Positions 1 to 8,084 of a stretch of 64,000 bases of DNA are shown piece after piece. The stretch is taken from contig JAPLJV010000043.1 in NCBI GenBank assembly GCA_026388415.1, positions 8,478 to 72,477 of the forward strand, written 5' to 3'. The position numbers and the translations under genes were made by a program. Within the stretch, counting starts at the first letter, position 1. Every line of letters starts with the position of its first letter. The stretch comes from Deltaproteobacteria bacterium (GTDB lineage Bacteria; Desulfobacterota; Syntrophia; Syntrophales; JACQWR01). The notes below the pieces were generated by a model that saw nothing but the letters and a program-made list of their open reading frames with translations, made no database searches and was not told the origin of the DNA.

Positions 1-120
1 TTGCAATCTTAAATCATCAATTTTACCTGATTTATGACGGGCAAGGACTATAAGGAAGGATTGATTTTGATTTTTGACATTGTCATATTGGTATCATCAT
101 AAATAATTGGGATATTACAG

Positions 121-768
121 TTAGTTATCCTCAAGTATGGTACTTTCTATGAGTTTTTTTAATACTTCATTGGGATTATTCGTAATCCCATAATACCTTT
201 CGTATGTATTAGGTTCTCCCCCGTCGTTTGTAAAGTGGCCTGTACATTCATACCTATAGTTATATTCACTCCCTTCAGGTAGAAACCAGATTTGAAAATA
301 TTCTGGAAATTCAAATCTTTTAAATACAAACTTCACTCCCCCTTCCCTTGTTTCTTGAACCTCTGGACAGTTATTTTGACTGAGATAATTATTTCTGTCC
401 ATAAGTTGTAAAAATCGTATTGACGTCATCACCGATAATTTGTCAATTGGTAATGACCCCCTACCATCCCAATTGTCTTGAAGAGATAAGAAAGATAATA
501 TTTTTTCTTTCAATTTTTGAAAATCTTCAGATGAAATATTTTTTTCTTTTGGGATATGAGACCAACTAATACTAATCTCATCCGGACATACTTTGGTTTT
601 AATATTATTGACCATTGAACGGATAGATTTTTCATTACCATCATCCGAACTGATCAGGATGTCTTCAATTTTATTAAGTTTATTCTCAACCCTGAGAATG
701 TCATTTTGAACATATCTAAGATATACGACGATTAACACCAATATAAGAATTACAATCGTGAAAAACAT
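121..768 (-). CDS. hypothetical membrane-anchored protein (AT-rich gene)
   Basis: ORF 121..816. The internal ATG at 768 has an AAGGATGG SD about 8 nt upstream and opens a hydrophobic helix FFTIVILILVLIVVYL. No family recognised. Contains motif LQDNWDGRGSLPI. Confidence 0.5.
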   Translation of the reverse strand: MFFTIVILILVLIVVYLRYVQNDILRVENKLNKIEDILISSDDGNEKSIRSMVNNIKTKVCPDEISISWSHIPKEKNISSEDFQKLKEKILSFLSLQDNWDGRGSLPIDKLSVMTSIRFLQLMDRNNYLSQNNCPEVQETREGGVKFVFKRFEFPEYFQIWFLPEGSEYNYRYECTGHFTNDGGEPNTYERYYGITNNPNEVLKKLIESTILEDN

Positions 769-1039
769 ATAATCACCATCCTTCTTTAACGATTGGAGTA
801 AAAGAAAACCCACCATCCCTCGTTTTGGGAAAGTGGGTCTATGTCATCTGAAATCCGTTCATCTTGAACCCTCTTTGAAGGAATAATGAAACATATTGAT
901 TTTCAATTGGTTTTTACATAGCAAAAAATACTAATGATTTCAAGGTATATTTTACAGGTATCAGGTACCGGCAGCACCCCACTCGTAAGCATGGAAAGAA
1001 GGCCGAGCAGGTTGTAAACTTAACGAAATAGAAAACACC

Positions 1040-1068
1040 TTGTTTTTGTATTTCGATTGTCATACAAT
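1040..1068 (+). promoter_or_regulatory. candidate sigma70 promoter/operator of the dinJ-yafQ module
   Basis: TTGTTT (1040-1045), 17-nt spacer, TACAAT (1063-1068). A 6-bp inverted repeat TTGTAT/ATACAA (1046-1051 / 1062-1067) overlaps the spacer and -10. Confidence 0.35.
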
Positions 1069-1093
1069 AGGAAAAAAGCAGTGAGGTGAAAAC

Positions 1094-1354
1094 ATGGCAA
1101 GAACGGCAATGATCAACGCACGGACAGAAATGGCATTAAAAGCCGAAGTAGAGGGAATCTTTAAGACTTTGGGAATGTCCACTACCGAGGCGATAAACAT
1201 CTTTTTCAAGCAAGTGAAGATGAGAAAGGGCCTGCCCTTCGCCGTAGAAATTCCGAATGCAGAAACCCTGCAAACATTCAAGGACAGCGAAGCCGGGCAG
1301 GGCCTCATATTATGCAAGAACGCCGATGATGTGTTTAAGAAGCTTGGTATCTGA
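1094..1354 (+). CDS. dinJ: RelB/DinJ-family type II antitoxin
   Basis: 86 aa. N-terminal ribbon-helix-helix-like MARTAMINARTEMALKAEVEGIFKTLGMSTTEAINIFFKQV is typical of DinJ. GTGAGGTG SD. 1-nt ATGA-type overlap with the downstream toxin gene. Confidence 0.85.
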   Translation: MARTAMINARTEMALKAEVEGIFKTLGMSTTEAINIFFKQVKMRKGLPFAVEIPNAETLQTFKDSEAGQGLILCKNADDVFKKLGI

Positions 1355-1623
1355 TGAGAATACCCGTCTATACAACACGGTTCAAAAAAGACCTGAAACG
1401 TATGCAGGCACGTGGCGGCGATGTTTTGAATATCAAGGCCGTCATGCAAGACCTGATGGAAAAAAAGCTGCTTGCCTTAAAATACCGAGATCATTTTTTA
1501 ATCGGTAATTTCAAGGATCGGCGGGAATGCCATATTGAACCAGACTGGCTTTTGATTTACCGGCTTGACGGGGACATGATCATCTTTGAACGGACGGGAA
1601 CACATGCCGACTTGTTTAAATAG
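1354..1623 (+). CDS. yafQ: YafQ-family mRNA interferase toxin (RelE superfamily)
   Basis: 89 aa. FKKDLKRM...LALKYRDHFLIGNFKDRRECHIEPDWLLIYR...FERTGTHADLF matches the YafQ pattern. Translationally coupled to dinJ. Confidence 0.85.
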   Translation: MRIPVYTTRFKKDLKRMQARGGDVLNIKAVMQDLMEKKLLALKYRDHFLIGNFKDRRECHIEPDWLLIYRLDGDMIIFERTGTHADLFK

Positions 1624-2029
1624 GGCAATATGAGGCAGACATCGGCGATGCAAGGCAGGCAGCCGTTTGAAGGTAAACTCCGGCAGATCGGCAAAGACAA
1701 AGGGCTGCCGGCCCTATAAATCCTGTTAGATATTTAAATCAATGCCTTGCATTTTGCATGACCATTCATTATTATTAGAAATTTAGTGCAGTTTTTCTGC
1801 TAAAAGACAAATCATTTTCCTGTCGTTTTGCCTTTTTCCCCCCTTTATACTGCAAGCTTTTTTGGCGGAACATGGCACGATTCTGTGGGGCATAAAGATG
1901 GTTTTATTTCCAAATCAAATTCATGCCATTATTAGATAAATGGTAGTAAATTCATTACATTGTAATGTAATCCCTGAAATCCCAGGAGACCTAATTTCCC
2001 GTTTCATTTCCACCTCGTTTCTCATAACA

Positions 2030-2215
2030 CTCCCCCGAAAGCGCGGTGCTGGAGGGAGGCAAAGAGGGAATCCATCTCAGCGAGTGAGGCGCGGTGAGCG
2101 TACGGGAATGACCCGGCATCCGTCGATAAGGGGCTGGTTATTCCAGTACCTGCCGCCATGGATGAAAAGGAAGTAAGCAGCCCCGGGACCGCGCGTTTCC
2201 GAAGCCCATTCCCAA
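2030..2215. other. GC-rich patch with long-range complementarity in an AT-rich intergenic region (ncRNA or gene remnant)
   Basis: GAAAGCGCGGT (about 2037-2048) pairs with ACCGCGCGTTTC (about 2188-2200). GGGGCTGGTTATTCC...GGAAGTAAGCAGCCCC forms a long bulged hairpin (about 2131-2185). No convincing ORF. Confidence 0.25.
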
Positions 2216-2295
2216 GTGCACGAAAGATGAATTAATTCCGTTAAATGGGCATCACGCCCACAGTTAGCCTTATAAGTTTCACTACGCCCATCACA

Positions 2296-2970
2296 TCATT
2301 GAAATCCAAGAAGAAGTCCCATATCATTCCAGCTTCCGTCTAAAGGAATTGTTTCAACAGCTTGTTCGGGCTGTTCGTAAGAATTAGCTTTTAAGGCTAC
2401 AGCCGCCAAGGGGCTCACGTAATCTCCAGTGAAGGGAGTGGTATAAGTACAAGTAATCCTATCATAATCGTTATATATTATATACTGGTAGTTACCACTC
2501 CATCCTGTCATACTGAAGTAGCCGGTTAAGTTATAGTTTATCGTGAACGTACCCGAAAAGGAAGAAAGTGTCCCGATAAGGGTTTGATTTAATATATAGT
2601 GCCCATTTCTTTCCACGTTCCCAGTAGTTCCAGTGGTTGACGTTAATGTAAATCCAGAACCCAACATAGAAGCTGTTGCCGCTGGATTACTTATACTCAA
2701 TTGATTCACGTTTTGCGTTACATCAAGGTTCAATGCCAAAGGTGCAATAGTTCCACTGCTACCATTGGTGCACGTGTACGAAACAGTGCTTGTGTTTAGG
2801 GCGTATTTGCCAGCAACATCAGGAAATCCAGAAGCATTGACAGGCCCAGTCCATGAAGATGCAGGTGCAGACGCATCGCCCCCTCCACCTCCGCCACCAC
2901 AGGCTGAGAGACATAAACTAATTACCAACGCTGAAACAAACATGCAAAACAAACCGCTTTTCCTCATCAT
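2296..2970 (-). CDS. predicted lipoprotein, function unknown
   Basis: ATG at 2970 is preceded by an AAAGGAG SD. Signal peptide with lipobox LSAC followed by a Gly7 linker. Thr/Ser/Asn-rich beta-type body. Confidence 0.6.
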   Translation of the reverse strand: MMRKSGLFCMFVSALVISLCLSACGGGGGGGDASAPASSWTGPVNASGFPDVAGKYALNTSTVSYTCTNGSSGTIAPLALNLDVTQNVNQLSISNPAATASMLGSGFTLTSTTGTTGNVERNGHYILNQTLIGTLSSFSGTFTINYNLTGYFSMTGWSGNYQYIIYNDYDRITCTYTTPFTGDYVSPLAAVALKANSYEQPEQAVETIPLDGSWNDMGLLLGFQ

Positions 2971-3142
2971 CTGCGCTCCTTTCGTCAAGTCGTAGTCCAG
3001 CCCATAGCAATCTGAAATTTACCCCCAGTTTTGACGAATATCGCATCACTACGACGAATAGTCAATCATTAATAATCATTGGCTCACAGTCACTTCCCTG
3101 ATGGTTTTTTATCATATATCCTGTTGGTAAAAGGGCGTGGAT

Positions 3143-3478
3143 ATGACAACCATCAAGAAAATTTTCGGGGCTCATCTTTTTCAACTACGCAATAAAGCTG
3201 GGCTTACCCAAGCAAGGCTGGCTGAAAAAACGGATCTCAGTGTTGATTCGATAAGCCGAATAGAAAGAGGCGACCGAGCGCCATCTTTGGAATCCATAGA
3301 AAAATTATCGAATGCCCTGAAAATAAGAATGCCAGAATTGTTCAATTTTGGGGGTGAAGAAATAGCGGCTTTATCGGAATGCCCTCCTGAATCTCTGCAA
3401 TTATGGAAACTTCTAAAAGGCAAACGACCAAGTCAGGTAAAAAAGCTAACCGAGATTGCCAAGATTGTCCTGGAATAA
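3143..3478 (+). CDS. XRE-family helix-turn-helix transcriptional regulator
   Basis: LFQLRNKAGLTQARLAEKTDLSVDSISRIERGDRAPSLESIEKLSNAL is a canonical Cro/C1 HTH. ATG at 3143 lies 7 nt after AAGGG. Confidence 0.8.
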   Translation: MTTIKKIFGAHLFQLRNKAGLTQARLAEKTDLSVDSISRIERGDRAPSLESIEKLSNALKIRMPELFNFGGEEIAALSECPPESLQLWKLLKGKRPSQVKKLTEIAKIVLE

Positions 3479-3819
3479 AAGCTACCTGCTTCTTAACCGT
3501 TATATTTCGTTCTTGCCAAAAAGGTGGGATATAATGCCATACTCGGTATTTAGTCTCCCTCGGCACTCGGTAGGCGGGGGGCATGGTCACAGGCTACACA
3601 CAGACCGCACCAGAGCCACCATGACAGGCGATCAAGGTCTCGGTAGGGCGCGGGCGTTATGCCTTTGCACCCGGCGCTCTGTTTATGTAGTTGCCCCTGT
3701 TGACCTTCAATACCTTGCCGACCATATCACGCTGCCGGATCTCCGGCATGAGATCAGAATAAAAAATAACGGTAAATAATCCCGAAGCGGTAAAGGAGCG
3801 GTAAAAAGTATAGCAGTAA

Positions 3820-3856
3820 AGAAAAAGGGGCTCACCGTAATTGGCTAACCCCTTGA
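3820..3856 (-). terminator. candidate rho-independent terminator after the tRNA cluster
   Basis: On the minus strand, GGGG...CCCC hairpin followed by TTTTTCTTT, immediately 3' of tRNA-Arg. The stem is short and imperfect. Confidence 0.35.
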
Positions 3857-3861
3857 TTTTA

Positions 3862-3938
3862 TGGTACGCCCAGGAGGATTCGAACCTCCGACATCCAGAT
3901 TCGTAGTCTGGCGCTCTATCCAGCTGAGCCATGGGCGC
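3862..3938 (-). tRNA. tRNA-Arg (anticodon ACG)
   Basis: Reverse complement GCGCCCATGGCTCAGCTGGATAGAGCGCCAGACTACGAATCTGGATGTCGGAGGTTCGAATCCTCCTGGGCGTACCA. Cloverleaf folds. Anticodon loop CT-ACG-AA. Encoded CCA. Confidence 0.95.
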
Positions 3939-3952
3939 AATATTTATTAAAT

Positions 3953-4046
3953 TGGCGGAGAGAGCGGGATTTGAACCCGCGGTACACCTTTAAGGGCGTA
4001 CAATCGCTTAGCAGGCGATCGCTTTCGGCCACTCAGCCATCTCTCC
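3953..4046 (-). tRNA. tRNA-Ser (anticodon GCT)
   Basis: Reverse complement GGAGAGATGGCTGAGTGG...ATCGC-CTGCTAA-GCGAT...long variable arm...GCGGGTTCAAATCCCGCTCTCTCCGCCA. Confidence 0.95.
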
Positions 4047-4058
4047 GTACATATAAAT

Positions 4059-4144
4059 TGGCGGAGGGAGCAGGATTCGAACCCGCGAACCTTTCGGTCA
4101 ACGGTTTTCAAGACCGCCGCCATAGACCACTCGGCCATCCCTCC
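4059..4144 (-). tRNA. tRNA-Ser (anticodon TGA)
   Basis: Reverse complement GGAGGGATGGCCGAGTGGTCTATGGCGGCGGT-CTTGAAA-ACCGT...variable arm...GCGGGTTCGAATCCTGCTCCCTCCGCCA. Confidence 0.95.
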
Positions 4145-4174
4145 GAATTACCTTTCCAGATGCCGCAGACCCCC

Positions 4175-5455
4175 TTACCTTGTGCGCGTGATCCTGTCAA
4201 TCCCTTTCGTGTAGGGTCGCAGCGCCTCCGGTATGATGACGCTGCCATCCGCCTGCTGGTAGTTTTCCAGGATAGCCACCAATGTCCTGCCGATCGCCAG
4301 ACCTGAACCATTCAGGGTGTGTACGAATTCCACCTTGCCGCTTTCCCTGCGGCGGAAACGGATGGCAGCGCGGCGGGCCTGAAAGGCCTCGAAATTGCTG
4401 CACGAGGATATCTCCCGATAGGTGTCCTGTCCCGGCAGCCAGGCCTCTATGTCAAAAGTTTTGGCAGCCGAAAATCCCAGGTCGCCGGTGCATAAGCTGA
4501 CCGTGCGGAAAGGGATCGCGAGCCTTTTCAGAATATCTTCGGCATTGGCGGTCAATTTCTCAAGCTCCTGATAGGAGGTCTCCGGGGTCGTAAACTTAAC
4601 GAGCTCTACCTTGTTAAACTGATGCTGCCGGATCAGTCCTCGCGTATCCTTACCATAGGATCCGGCCTCGGCGCGGAAGCAGGCCGACCAGGCCGCGTAA
4701 TAGAGTGGGAGATCCTGTTCCTCCAATATTTCGTCCCGGTGGATATTGGTCACGGGCACCTCTGCCGTGGGAATGAGAAAATAATCCATCCCCTCTATCT
4801 TAAACAGGTCTTCAGCAAACTTCGGCAACTGTCCAGTCGCCGTCATGCTTTCCCGGTTGACCAGAAAAGGGGGCAGGATCTCCGTATAACCATGTTCCGT
4901 GGTGTGCAGATCCAGCATGAAATTGATCAGCGCCCTTTCCAGCGTTGCACCCCAGCCGCGATACAGGGTGAAGCGCGCCCCGGTGATCTTGGCGCCCCGG
5001 GCAAAATCCAGGATGCCTAAGCTTTCGCCGATTTCCCAGTGGGGGCGGGGAAGAAAGTCAAAAGCCGGCTTTTCACCCCAGGTCCGGACTACGGGATTGT
5101 CTTCCGCACCGGCGCCACAGACAACCGAGGCATCGGGAATATTGGGTATCGTGAGCGCAAAGTCGCCCAGCTCGGCCTCGATATTCTTCAAGGAATCGTC
5201 AAGCTCTTTGATGCGGGCGGAAACCTCCGCCATGGCTGATAAAAGAGAGGCGCTGTCCTCATTATTTTTTTTCCGCGCGCCTATTTCCTTGGAGACGGTA
5301 TTGCGCTCACTGCGCAGATTCTCCACTGCCAGCAAGAGGTCCCTGCGGCCGGCATCCAGTTCGCTGAAACGATCGAGAGCGACTACCGCCTGTCGTTCGG
5401 TCATCTTCCCGCGCACAAAGTCCATGTTATTTCTGATAAATTTTATGTCGAGCAT
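4175..5455 (-). CDS. serS: seryl-tRNA synthetase
   Basis: 426 aa. N-terminal coiled-coil arm [10 protein letters not shown]... and class II core motifs ([43 protein letters not shown]). Confidence 0.97.
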   Translation of the reverse strand: MLDIKFIRNNMDFVRGKMTERQAVVALDRFSELDAGRRDLLLAVENLRSERNTVSKEIGARKKNNEDSASLLSAMAEVSARIKELDDSLKNIEAELGDFALTIPNIPDASVVCGAGAEDNPVVRTWGEKPAFDFLPRPHWEIGESLGILDFARGAKITGARFTLYRGWGATLERALINFMLDLHTTEHGYTEILPPFLVNRESMTATGQLPKFAEDLFKIEGMDYFLIPTAEVPVTNIHRDEILEEQDLPLYYAAWSACFRAEAGSYGKDTRGLIRQHQFNKVELVKFTTPETSYQELEKLTANAEDILKRLAIPFRTVSLCTGDLGFSAAKTFDIEAWLPGQDTYREISSCSNFEAFQARRAAIRFRRRESGKVEFVHTLNGSGLAIGRTLVAILENYQQADGSVIIPEALRPYTKGIDRITRTR

Positions 5456-5541
5456 GATCCGGCACTTCCTTCGGTCCCTGGTAAAGGGCAGATTCCCCTA
5501 CCATTTAGACCCTTTGAAGTCAATATCTTTATCCTGCATTA

Positions 5542-7137
5542 TCACGGTACCTTATGGGGCAATCTTCTTTTTACGGCGCCGATCAGCATCATCAGTTCCT
5601 GGTTCTTCAGCAAGCGGGAAGATAGCAGAAAAATGGCCAGTCCCACAGTGACGCCGATAATCAGAAAATAGAGGCGGGAATGCAGCGAGCCCGTATTATC
5701 CCACTTCGTGAGGAAGGGAACCAGGAGCAGCGCTCCGCCCATAAGCAGGGAGGCGATGATTGTCCTCCAAAGGGAGTGGTAAAATTCTCCATCCAGGAAG
5801 GCACCGATCTTATTCCGCAGGATAACCGCTAGGGTGATGACATTCACCGCCGAGGCCAGGGAGGTAGCCAGCGCGAGGCCGCCGTGTTTTAAGGGATACA
5901 TCAGGATGATGCTGCCCACCAGGTTTACGAAGAGAGACAAAAAGGCGACCTTCAGAGGCGATTTACGGTCCTGGATAGAAAAGAAGGCGGAGTCAATGAT
6001 CCGGATGGCGGAAAAGGCCCAAAGTCCAAGAGCATAGCACAAGAGCGCCTCGGCGGTGAGAAGGGTTGAACTGGCGTTGAACGCCCCGCGCTGAAAAAGT
6101 ACGGAAATAATGGGTACGCGCAGGATGATCAGGGCCACCGTGGCTGGAATGGCGATAAAGAGGATCAGCCTTAAGGAGAAAGAAATGGTTTTTTTCAGCC
6201 TGGTAAAATCTCCTGTGGCGACATGTTCTGAAAAGCTGGGCAGCGCCGCCGTGCCTACGGCGATGGCAAAGACTCCCAGCGGCAATTCGACGACCCGGTC
6301 GGCATAATACAGGAAGGAGACACTGCCGCGGGGCAGGAAGGAAGCCAGAATGGTGCCGATAAAGATGTTGATCTGATAGACTGCCGATCCCAGTATGGAG
6401 GGGATCATGAGGCGCCCGATCTGTTTCAGGCCGGGATGGGAAAACCGGAAATCCGGTCTCAGCCGCATACCCATCCGGACCAGAATTGGCCACTGCATGG
6501 CTAGCTGGAGCACCCCTCCGATGAGCACCCCTACGGCCAGAGCGGTGATGGGTTCCTGGAAAAAGCCGCGCAGGGTAAGCGTGGTCGTGATCATGGCAAT
6601 ATTTAAGACCACGGGCGACAGGGCCGGGACGGCAAAATGCCGCAGCGAATTCAGAATACCCATGCAAAGGGCCACCAGACAAATGAAGAAAACATAAGGA
6701 AACATCAGCCGGTTGAGAAATACCGTCAGTTCATACTGCTGCGGAAATTTTACGAAGCCCGGCGCCATGAACGTCACGATCAGCGGCGAAAACAGCATCC
6801 CCGCCAGGGCAACTATTACGAGCAGGGCGGAAAGAGCGGTGAAGGCGACATTGGCCAACTCGCCGGCCTCGCGAAATGATTTTTTTTTCAAGTATTCCGT
6901 GAAGACAGGAACGAAGGAGACCGTGAGCGACCCCTCCCCGAGCAGACGCCGCAGCAGGTTCGGAATACGGAAGGCGACAAAAAAGGCATCCGTGGTCAGA
7001 CCGGCGCCGAAACATCCGGCGACGACCATATCCCTGATGAAACCGAAGACCCGGGAAAGCATGGTTGCGGCGCCCACGACCCCGGCTGCCTTGGCAACCC
7101 GCGAATTTTCTCTGTTCGTTAAGTTCTCTTTGTCCAT
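5542..7137 (-). CDS. murJ: lipid II flippase MurJ (MviN)
   Basis: 531 aa polytopic protein. N-terminus AAGVVGAATMLSRVFGFIRDMVVAGCFGAG...DAFFVAFRIPNLLRRLLGEGSL is the MurJ signature. Confidence 0.95.
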   Translation of the reverse strand: MDKENLTNRENSRVAKAAGVVGAATMLSRVFGFIRDMVVAGCFGAGLTTDAFFVAFRIPNLLRRLLGEGSLTVSFVPVFTEYLKKKSFREAGELANVAFTALSALLVIVALAGMLFSPLIVTFMAPGFVKFPQQYELTVFLNRLMFPYVFFICLVALCMGILNSLRHFAVPALSPVVLNIAMITTTLTLRGFFQEPITALAVGVLIGGVLQLAMQWPILVRMGMRLRPDFRFSHPGLKQIGRLMIPSILGSAVYQINIFIGTILASFLPRGSVSFLYYADRVVELPLGVFAIAVGTAALPSFSEHVATGDFTRLKKTISFSLRLILFIAIPATVALIILRVPIISVLFQRGAFNASSTLLTAEALLCYALGLWAFSAIRIIDSAFFSIQDRKSPLKVAFLSLFVNLVGSIILMYPLKHGGLALATSLASAVNVITLAVILRNKIGAFLDGEFYHSLWRTIIASLLMGGALLLVPFLTKWDNTGSLHSRLYFLIIGVTVGLAIFLLSSRLLKNQELMMLIGAVKRRLPHKVP

Positions 7138-7169
7138 GTCTGTTTTTTCTATGAAGAGAATGCGTTTAT

Positions 7170-7226
7170 ATGAAAATCCCCCCCCATCCCCCCTTTACCA
7201 AAGGGGGGTTAAGGGGGGATTTTCAT
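7170..7226. repeat. nested G/C-tract palindrome (REP-like element, possible bidirectional terminator)
   Basis: Outer arms ATGAAAATCCCCCC (7170-7183) and GGGGGGATTTTCAT (7213-7226). Inner arms CCCCCC (7188-7193) and GGGGGG (7203-7208). Lies between the yggU stop and the murJ start. Confidence 0.6.
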
Positions 7227-7256
7227 GTTTCGTTGTGCCCGCGCCAGGCATGGGTG

Positions 7257-7559
7257 TTAGACGGCAGGAAGACAGGCGGCAAGTACCTCTTCCACAGCTT
7301 TTATTGTCAGCCCCTGGATCGCGATGATCTTTTTTTTGGCTTTGAGACCGCTTACGATCTGCACTTGATCCTTTTTAACTCCTAAAACGTCGGCCAGAAA
7401 ACGGATGCATTCCTCATTGGCACGACCGTCCACGGGAGGGGCGGTGATTTTAATTTTTAAAAAGTCACCCTGGCAGCCAACCAACTTGCATTGCGACGAC
7501 CGGGGAAGTACCTGGACGAGAAAAACAACTCTCCCCGCTTTCTCTTTGATCGGGATCAT
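7257..7559 (-). CDS. yggU: DUF167/YggU-family protein
   Basis: 100 aa. VLPRSSQCKLVGCQGDFLKIKITAPPVDGRANEECIRFLADVLGVKK matches the YggU pattern. Conserved yggT-yggU synteny. Confidence 0.85.
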   Translation of the reverse strand: MIPIKEKAGRVVFLVQVLPRSSQCKLVGCQGDFLKIKITAPPVDGRANEECIRFLADVLGVKKDQVQIVSGLKAKKKIIAIQGLTIKAVEEVLAACLPAV

Positions 7560-7586
7560 TGCTTGTCTCTCCCGTCGTCACTGTGC

Positions 7587-7886
7587 TTATTTCAGGTAAA
7601 AAGCCATTTCCATCATGCTCTTCAGCAGAAAACTCTGCAGAAAGATGATGGCCGCAATCACTATAATTGGTGAGATGTCAATGCCCATGTTCCTTAAGGG
7701 CAGCCACCGCCGTATCGGCGCCATCACGGGTTCTGTCACCCGGTAAAGAAACTGCACAATCGGATTGTAAGGGTCCGGGTTTACCCAGGAAATTAGCGAT
7801 CTGCCAATGATAATCCACATATAGAGCGTCAGACCCATATCAATGATCTTGGCCAGTGCCGCAATGAAGTTTCCCACTATGAACAT
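7587..7886 (-). CDS. yggT: YggT-family integral membrane protein
   Basis: 99 aa. LYMWIIIGRSLISWVNPDPYNPIVQFLYRVTEPVMAPIRR is the YggT signature. Confidence 0.85.
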   Translation of the reverse strand: MFIVGNFIAALAKIIDMGLTLYMWIIIGRSLISWVNPDPYNPIVQFLYRVTEPVMAPIRRWLPLRNMGIDISPIIVIAAIIFLQSFLLKSMMEMAFYLK

Positions 7887-7897
7887 GAATGCTCCCT

Positions 7898-7946
7898 AGT
7901 AAGTTAGAATTTGCTTTCTGGTAGAAAGCAAATTCGTAAACTTACT
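7898..7946. promoter_or_regulatory. 49-bp near-perfect palindrome in the yggT / Sir2 divergent intergenic region
   Basis: GAATTTGCTTTCT (7907-7919), GGT loop, AGAAAGCAAATTC (7923-7935) form a 13-bp perfect stem, extended by AGTAAGTT/AACTTACT. Begins 12 nt upstream of the yggT ATG. Confidence 0.4.
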
Positions 7947-8084
7947 TATCCCGCTCGTCGGGGTTGGTAATTTTATCGAGATCAGTTAGAAATTGCTTTA
8001 TAGTTTTTCAACTATCATATAAGAATACTGTGCGCAAATAAAGATTATTGACATCATCGGCAGGAACAAAAGGAAGGCAAGGCC

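Noticed and set aside
2030-2215. A cobalamin riboswitch, suggested by AAAGAGGGAATCC and CCAGTACCTGCC resembling the AGGGAA and B12-box elements.
   Set aside because: The central conserved GGTG..AA..CC / CCCGC.ACTG elements are not recognisable. There is also no downstream plus-strand gene to regulate, because the next gene converges from the minus strand.
3657-3932. 91-aa minus-strand ORF.
   Set aside because: Its N-terminal third is simply the tRNA-Arg gene read as protein. The remainder only weakly resembles a recombinase middle region, so it is kept as a low-weight remark in a finding rather than a feature.
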